A stretch of 64,000 bases of DNA from Naegleria gruberi (taxonomy: Eukaryota). How positions within the stretch are numbered: position 1 is the stretch's first letter; each line of letters starts with the position of its first letter. Made by a program: the position numbers and the translations under genes. The DNA lies in assembly GCA_000004985.1 (NCBI GenBank), contig GG738917.1; one strand, written 5' to 3'. This document shows positions 51,901-64,000 of the stretch, in pieces. Under the pieces are notes generated by a model. It did not search any database. It was given only the letters and a program-made list of their open reading frames with translations, and was not told where the DNA came from.

Positions 51901-52213
51901 GACTAGACAAAATTATCATGCTTTTAAGTTTGCCAGTAGTGATTTACAAGGTGATGAAGACATTATTTCACAAGTTATGGAAATTAATATTGAGACACTG
52001 AATTGTGCCTCCTATTCATTGCGGAATAATGTTGACTTCTTGAAGAGGATGAACAAGGATAATAGACTTGTGGAGAGGGCTTCCTTCAATCTACAAAGAT
52101 CCATTAACATGCAAGGATTGTTGGATATTGAAGAAACAGACCCAAAGAAATATGAAAAGCTACTAGATTTTTACATTGACAGGTTAGTTGTGGCCACAGA
52201 GAACTCAAATTGA
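48929..52213 (+). CDS. Repeat protein (1094 aa) built from about 25 tandem 35-38-aa units of consensus LKNDRE[IVF]VL.AV.QNG.AL.YAS.E, resembling DUF4116-type repeats.
   Basis: Visible periodic repeats, for example LKNDKEMAIIAVKSDPYSYYCLPPNM, LKNDRELFELAIRLHDNVLYYASMNL, LRNDKDLVMMSIEYDAFSFQYASEEL, LKNDRQVAELAITINGLNFQFASEDL. The antisense ORFs are shadows. Confidence 0.7.
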   Translation: MKFQYILCLKKMHQEKNFTDVLISLHDIDSESDSVNLSCSELLISKFRQTISERLKLNESIYEHMKQLIELHGVNKCIPFVRENPFPDNDCTLAFFKILSYCGLLLEFASERIRNDETLALIAVQNDVDALMDVSINLRENRDFALKVVQLDISNSYKKSTMKYLNKFKDDYEIVLKAVRQCGISLANTAIRLRYDKQIIEEAVKSCGTALSYVPKDFIDRNLVMSAISSDAKALQYALNFKNDKEVVFAAFQVGKDSFHFASDELKSDREFCMKLVKLNGHTIRFCSDELKNDKEMAIIAVKSDPYSYYCLPPNMKNDREILLKCASIALFDLPYDISSDREFMNSLLISGKQLLNFLEYSALTRDFELELIGSNCNYQYGLFGRIKEEEELFTRIVNIDPSAFMFATSDNIRNNKQIVMNALFYEAEILGNISEELKNDRELFELAIRLHDNVLYYASMNLRNDKDLVMMSIEYDAFSFQYASEELKNDRQVAELAITINGLNFQFASEDLRNDKEFCKLATRNSYHCLNEYLGADMKRERNLILENVKKHTSFIPDEFKDDKEIVFESVSVYGGNIEQASFDLRNDDRELIRTAVRNGCPLSSLDNRIIDRDLVFESILYGSALCIVSVVEEWPEIVDEEKIIHFQILRGCWDWFKYFNPLLRNDKDFVRKYVKICGDILEYVSEDFKNDREIVKEAVSNSANAFKYASDTLKNDREIVEALKNAEESVYFISGLKDRELVLQAAEKGVILNTLEEFTYDREIALKTVSKAGSKLLYLSYDLRSDREIVLEAVKNDHSSLEYSMYDSRYDKDVILKADLPLSHVVPALRNDRELVLKLLEKPLKKYKYHFDIIDDTIELEYYSGSQFVYLSDELKEEFKSNKEIMLKAIKFGPTAINYASKELQNDEEFVLEAAQINGMVLNHVLPKFKHNRNVVMKAVQQNGMSLSHACNELQNDIEIVQNALKSHVCAFEYAGYKLRGDKEFVLEMTRQNYHAFKFASSDLQGDEDIISQVMEINIETLNCASYSLRNNVDFLKRMNKDNRLVERASFNLQRSINMQGLLDIEETDPKKYEKLLDFYIDRLVVATENSN

Positions 52214-52243
52214 AAAATTCCATTCCAATAATGTCAATCAATT

Positions 52244-52876
52244 TTAACTCCAACCTGTCTTTATTGAGATGTTTGGATGCACTTGCTTCTTTTGAGTTAC
52301 AATGTTGAAATAGACAATGTAGTGTTCTCTTGGAGGTTTGAATGAGATGGTTGGATTCACACCACTAAAAACATATTCATAATTCCACCTGCCTGGAGTT
52401 GGAGTCTGTGTAGAGACATAGATTGTGAGTGGTGTCTTTTGTGAGTTTTCTGTAATGATTAAAGATTGGTTTCCATAGTTATTTCCAAGGTATCTTTGGG
52501 ATCTGAACATGAAGTTATCTTGTCCAGGTTCAATAAATAAAGAGGTTGTGTAATGTTCCAATTCTGTTGCTTGTGGGTCAAAACCTTCCAATAAACAATT
52601 TACTCTATCTTCTGAAACTCGAGTCTTACAAGGAGAACAGGTTTTTGCCTTTCCCTGACTATAGGTCATTGAAGGACATGGAAAAGCTTCCTTTCCATCA
52701 GCACAATAGAAACCAACTGGACATTTTTCACAGGTAGGATTGGCCCTAGAAATTGGATGATAACCCTGACCGCATATCACCACCGGTTTGCTTATCAAGG
52801 TGAGAGCTTCTATCGACAAGATTTTGAGCAAAATGAAGAATAAAACGAGTGAGCTCAGTGAGAAGGAGAGATTCAT
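52244..52876 (-). CDS. Small secreted protein with an ephrin-receptor-like / TNFR-like cysteine-rich module.
   Basis: Signal peptide MNLSFSLSSLVLFFILLKILSIEA. CEKCPVGFYCADGKEAFPCPSMTYSQGKAKTCSPC (C-x2-C-P-x-G-[FY]-Y pattern). Confidence 0.55.
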   Translation of the reverse strand: MNLSFSLSSLVLFFILLKILSIEALTLISKPVVICGQGYHPISRANPTCEKCPVGFYCADGKEAFPCPSMTYSQGKAKTCSPCKTRVSEDRVNCLLEGFDPQATELEHYTTSLFIEPGQDNFMFRSQRYLGNNYGNQSLIITENSQKTPLTIYVSTQTPTPGRWNYEYVFSGVNPTISFKPPREHYIVYFNIVTQKKQVHPNISIKTGWS

Positions 52877-53480
52877 TTTTCTTAGTTTGTTCTTAGTTTA
52901 TATTTGTTAAGGGTTTGATGTTTGTTTTTTTTCTTGAATAATAGCACCACAAACACGCAAAGCATTCTTCAATATGCAAGAATGTTTATTGCTTGGAAGA
53001 ATTTCCAAAAACGAACCTCAAAATCGCCTAACAGGGATGCTGACTGTTACACAACCGTTTTTTAATGTGTCTAAAGAAGGATTGTTGGACCTTTTAGAGA
53101 TGATTCAGTTGTGAAATTGAGAAAAGGGCATTCAGTTGATATCGGTTGTTGTGAAGACGGATATATTAAGGGATTATGCTCTGAATTTCCAATACTGGAA
53201 GAACCGATACCGTGGCCATGGCTAACCATAAGTTTTCTTCGGATTTCCCAATATATATGTCGTCATTAATTAAGGTCGCTATTCATGCTAAAGATTCAGC
53301 CCACAGTAAGCTTTGGCTTGATTAACTGAAAGAACTTTTTCAATGAAAGAAAACATTCATATTACAGAAAAGTAATTACTGCGACCTTTATTAAGATTAA
53401 TCTTTCAAAGCATTCACATTTTAAATACTATTGTTTAATTAAATTTAATTTATTAAATAATAAATATTGAAAATTATTAA

Positions 53481-56942
<3,462 letters not shown>

Positions 56943-57040
56943 TTTATTTCCACATCAATATAGATATAATTGTTTATTGAACTGATTCTCTTTGTTTCGG
57001 ATACATTTCAAAGTAGTTTTTGTTATTTGAAAAGATGTGA

Positions 57041-59496
<2,456 letters not shown>

Positions 59497-59713
59497 GCTC
59501 AGTTTATGAAACTCCAAAAGCAGAAAGATAACAACTCCTTATTAATAAATGAAAATTGTTTTGGTGATTTATTGTTCTCTACTATCACACAATTGTGTAT
59601 ACAGTTTGTTTTATGTCCTAACAAAATTATATGTCGTCACAAGCAAAACACGACAATAGGTGTAAATTTGTATTACTATTAGTAGTACAAATTATATGAT
59701 TACATTATATAGA

Positions 59714-62204
59714 TTAACAAAAGATTGGTCTGCAATCTTCTTCCTCGCACATCAAGCTGGAATTTTGGAAGTGATTAATAAGTGCTATCTTCCCTTGAAT
59801 TCTGGCATAAGTGATATCACAAACCTTTTCACTGTTAAACTTTTCCCACTTCTTTCTATTGAATCTTTCAACAAATGGAATGATTAATTTTGGATCAGCA
59901 AAGTTGATGAATGCATATCCAACATTGCACTTGTTCTTAAAGTCAATAGGAAGATAGAAAAAGTCATATGCTGTTTTGAACTCTACATCTACAGTTTCCA
60001 AAAGCATCTTTTGAGTGTACTTGTTTGGAATATTCTTAACCATGAGAGTAGTTCTCTTATCAATACCACATCTAACCTTTTCAAGATCCAATTTGAATTG
60101 TTCCTTCTCCTCAGCGCTGATAGCTCTTGGACGTCTTGACTTGTTGTTTCCAGGATGAAGAAGAGCATCATTCTTTGGTGGAGAGAGAGTTTCAATATTG
60201 GTGGTTGTTGGAAGAGAGCTGCTGATTTCAATAGTTTCTGGAGTACCTTGAAGAGTTGGACTGCCAGAGTCAGAATCAGAGAATGAAGGGAATCTATTTC
60301 TCAAACCACCAGGTCTAGAGTATTCAATCTTAATCTTTTTACCCTTCAACTCGGTCTTGTTGAGTTGCTTCAATGCTCTTTCAGCATCTCTTGTATCATA
60401 GAACTCGATGAATTTGTGGAATTTCTTGTTAGGAGTTTCTCTAATTTCCTTAACATCTCCTCCAAATTGAGTAAAAATAGTTTTTAACTCTTCATTAGTG
60501 ATAGAAGGATCTAGATTGAAAACAACCAATGTCTCTTGGTTGAGTTGTTCCTTTTCTGGTGGATTTTCCTTTGGAATGGAATAGTGAATATCAATCTTTC
60601 TCTTCTTGATTAACTTGGATTGTAAATTCTTCTTTGCTTGCTTGGCGTGTCTAATATCGTAGTAAGTAATCATGACAAAGCCACGATGCTTGCAAGAAGT
60701 GTACATTTGTCTTATTGGTCCAAAGCTTTCAAAGAGTATTCTCAATTCTTGATCATCAACTACACTAGAAATATTTCTAACAAAAAGTGTTCTTGAAGGA
60801 TATTCACCAGGATGTTTTTGACTCTTTCCTTCATCATCACTGTCTGTTGAAGATCCATTGGAACCATCTTGATTGATTTGGTCGTTTGGATTATAACCAC
60901 CAGCCATTTGAACATTAGCAGTATTTGGGAATAAATTAATACCGTATGGAATTTGTTTGAATCCATTTTGATTGTTATTGGCTTTGTATCCTCCCATTGG
61001 TGAAGAAGAATAATCATTTTCCATATATCCAGTAGCATAGGAAGTCATAAGAGGACTACTTTGAGATGGTGACATTTCAAGATGGCCAACAACATATTGC
61101 TCCTCATTATATCCACCATTAACATACATAGATGGATTATTGGAGTACCAAATATTATTTGAAAAAGAATCTAATTCATCTTCTTCCAAAATTTTCATAT
61201 TCACGGATTTAGAAATGTGGTTATTCATTCTATCAATATCTATATCATTCTTATAAAGTCCTGTTGATGTAAATGCCGGAATAGGAGGCATACTGTTACT
61301 TCTTCCACCTTGAAGTAAAGCTCTAGTTTGTTGAGTGATCTTATTTCCTGGATGATATTCAACTCTAGGAGAGTTACTTGGTGACATTGAAGGAGAAGGA
61401 TGTGATGGAATCAAACCAAAGGTTAAAGGATCAACGTCAGCAGATCCAAATAATGATGAACCTTGATTTGATGGGAATCCTGTATATCCCATATTGTTGT
61501 TGAAAGAAGTGTTCAATTTAACATTTTGTCTTGATGGATTAGTTGGAGTACCAGGAGCAAGAAGTGGACTACCAACGTATCCATGATTATCATAGTTTTG
61601 TGGTGGGAGAGCTGGTGATTGAGGATGATATCCTTGATTATATACAGTGGTGGATGGATTTACATCAATTCTTGGAGAAAGTTCTAAGAAGATAAGAAAT
61701 TAATAAATTGAAGAAGCACTAATACTTACTTGTCAAATGTCCTCCAATAGGAGGGAATCCACTAGAATTACCTCTTTGTCTGGCAGCAAAAGGAACGTCA
61801 AATCTTGGAGAGAGATCCCTTTGATGACTACCATTAGAATCCAATGAAAGAGATTGTTGATGAGTTGGTTGAATATTGTTATTAAATGGTAACTTGTTTG
61901 GAGAGGTACTGGTAGAGATGTCATGGTGCAAATTGTTGTTATCTTGATTTAATGACAATTCCATGAGTGACATCGATAGTTGTGGTATATGATCTAAACT
62001 GTCACCACCTTTAAACGAACCATTGTTTGGATTGTTATTATGCATAGAATTATTACTATTTAGATAGGAGTAAGTCAAGAGAGGTGATGATGGCACGTTT
62101 TGGTTCATCATCGTATTATTCGGTCTACCAAAGAACGTCTTGTTAGAATTATTATCACCATAAACCATGGTAGAGGTAGTATTTGCTTGATGATCAAGAG
62201 TCAT
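59714..62204 (-). CDS. Mei2-like RNA-binding protein (three RRMs including the characteristic C-terminal Mei2 RRM3). Two exons: 61730-62204 and 59714-61683 (intron 61684-61729).
   Basis: C-terminal RTTLMVKNIPNKYTQKMLLETVD...YDFFYLPIDFKNKCNVGYAFINF...KKWEKFNSEKVCDITYARIQGKIALINHFQNSSLM is a Mei2 RRM3 signature. Upstream RRMs: RTLFVRNISSVVDDQELRILFESFGPI and TLVVFNLDPSITNEELKTIF. Exon 1 ends ...GHLTSK with GTAAGT. Acceptor cttcttag. The frames join. Confidence 0.8.
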
Positions 62205-63865
62205 TTCTAATTTACAGAAAATTTAGTAGTATTAATGATGATGATACTAGTTGTTGTTGTAAGTATTAAATTTGTTATCTTTCAAATAATAATAATAATA
62301 AATATTAGGATGATCACCAAATACTTTGATCAACTATTAAATATAGGAAGTAGAATGATGATAGTGGTTGTAGTAGTGGTTGTGGCAAAGTTTTGTCAAG
62401 TAATAATAATAAATTTGTGAAGTATGACGAATGTTGAACAAACTCTTGTGATCAGAAAGTGGATATAAGAGTTTAAACCGAAATGATAATATCAATTCTT
62501 CACAACACCAACAGCAAATGATCAACAAGATATATTGCCGTTAGATTCCTAAACTGCAAAAATACTACTTGGTCAATAGCAGCTGTTCCGAACTGAATTC
62601 AACAGACAACAGTTGTCAAATACACTGTTTCCTTCGGTTCTTTAAATTGTGATGAGGAAATCAACAATAAAAATCACACACAACTCTTCAGTGGACAAAA
62701 AGTTAAGCAGCAACAGAGAAAAAATGCTTTGCGCAGGTTTTTTTTTGGAATTTTTTCACCAGCAACAAACAAATAGAACGAAGAATGCCTTTCTCAGCGC
62801 GCAAAGTTATCGAAGGGATATTCTCTGAGATGAGATAATATCGAAGGATATGATTGGAAAGCTTTTGTGAAGAAGCTTTGATGTTTTTGAATCTAGAAAT
62901 TTCTAGAGGTAGTTAAAATCTGTAATCTATATGGATAGGACTGTAAACCTGTGTGTGGCTTTTCTTAGCGGGATGAAACTGTGGTGCTGATGATAATATT
63001 TGTTGTATAATTACTCAACAGCAAATATTCCGAAAGATGAAGATGATTGGAAAAATCACACACAACAAGCTTCTTTAAAGACTTGTAAGGGTAGAGATGA
63101 TGCCCTGAAGGTATGTCAACGTTCCCTTCTAGAAATATTACTCTGGTTGATGGGTGCCTTTTTTGATGGGATTACCAACCAATAATTAATGACGATAATC
63201 AACTACGAAAAAGAGCCAAATTATCGAAAGGTTGACTTGAGCAAATTTGGAAGGTTTCAAAAAGCCAGTATTTTGGAAAATTGTAATAATCTACAAGATG
63301 TGTATGTGGTTAGTTGTAGACTCAAAATTTTTGAAAGAAAAACACAAAGATGATAGAAATGCTTTTCAATTAATTCGTGATTATCAGAATCCTTTATTGG
63401 TTTCAAGTAAGTTACCTGATATGGGCAATTCTATTTTGAAGTAATGTAAAAGGATTGGAAATTTTGAGGTCGTACTTGTTATGGATTGTTTACAATTGTG
63501 TTTAGAAAAGATTGTTTTGAATGTGGTGGATTTATATATAACATTAATATTGAGGAAAAACACCATTCTTTATTCGAATATTATAATCTTAAATGTGGAA
63601 TTTCTAATATTGAGGATGATTTGTTTCCATTGCTGGAAAATGGAAAGATTTTACAACGACAAATCAGTTAAGAAGATAGAATATTCTTATTCCAAACTGT
63701 ATAGTATTTAGAATTAGGAGAAAGTAAGGTTTGAAAGAAGAAAATACGAAACTCTGATTTCAATTATAGATTCAGATAGTGATAAGCATCTAGGCAACTA
63801 TATTGGCTTTCTAACACCAACACAGCAAGTAATATTTAAATTGGTCATTTACTAAATTAAAAAAA

Positions 63866-64000
63866 TGGGGTTAAAAGACATGTACAAAGAAATCAAGAAG
63901 AATGTCAGATCGTTGGACGAAACTATGGATCGAACTGACCAAGAAATTGAACATTTCGGCCATGTACTCGATATAACAGAAGATGGCATTGCCAAGTTTA
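63866..64000 (+). CDS. 5' end of a gene truncated by the window edge (MGLKDMYKEIKKNVRSLDETMDRTDQEIEHFGHVLDITEDGIAKF...).
   Basis: An ATG at 63866 sits in a good context (aaaaaATGg). The frame is open to the end of the window. Confidence 0.35.

Noticed and set aside
62235-62528. Small ORFs in the 62.2-63.7 kb region (MMMILVVVV..., MLIICCWCC...)
   Set aside because: They translate AT-rich simple sequence ((ata)n/(gtt)n-like), with homopolymeric amino-acid runs and no start context. This is most likely the 5' leader and promoter region of the divergently oriented Mei2-like gene.

Overview
This 64 kb window looks like eukaryotic nuclear DNA from an AT-rich protist, most consistent with a dictyostelid-like amoebozoan; the organism call is inference from the sequence alone. 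The evidence is visible directly: TAA stops, short AT-rich introns (40-110 nt) with GTAAGT/GTATGT donors and AG acceptors, poly-Q (CAA)n and N/S-rich low-complexity coding, tenascin-type EGF arrays, TKL kinases, Zn2Cys6-like clusters and very AT-rich intergenic DNA. It is gene-dense, with about 30 protein-coding genes on both strands, several of them spliced. Housekeeping genes recognisable from motifs are Beclin-1/Atg6, a Vps39/Vam6-like tethering subunit, an ABCB half-transporter, an MPPED-type metallophosphoesterase and a Mei2-like RNA-binding protein. A large set of secreted or membrane proteins is present: a serine-carboxypeptidase-like pseudoenzyme with EGF and TM segments, a secreted CHAP-domain protein, a very large jacalin/EGF transmembrane protein, a duplicated NHL-propeller/EGF protein, a receptor-like TKL kinase with a Pmp-type beta-helix ectodomain, a second beta-helix membrane protein, an ephrin-receptor-like Cys-rich secreted protein and an ER-type divergent Hsp70. 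There are at least four F-box proteins, one fused to a Ras-like GTPase. Two genes have unusual architectures: a two-TM sensor carrying HAMP plus RGS domains, and a BTB/BACK protein with a C-terminal Zn2Cys6-like cluster. RNA-related and repeat features are as follows. Two identical tRNA-Gly(GCC) 5' fragments (positions 1-60) lie on the minus strand, each truncated at the same T-loop nucleotide. Next to each is an array of degenerate ~30-35 bp tRNA-3'-end/B-box-like units. In copy 1 the missing tRNA 3' end sits 311 bp away with an 8-bp direct duplication, which looks like an insertion into the tRNA gene. There is also a tRNA-like element with an anticodon-loop insert. Three long genes show frame disruptions with no convincing intron. 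No prokaryotic features, CRISPR arrays or rRNA were seen.
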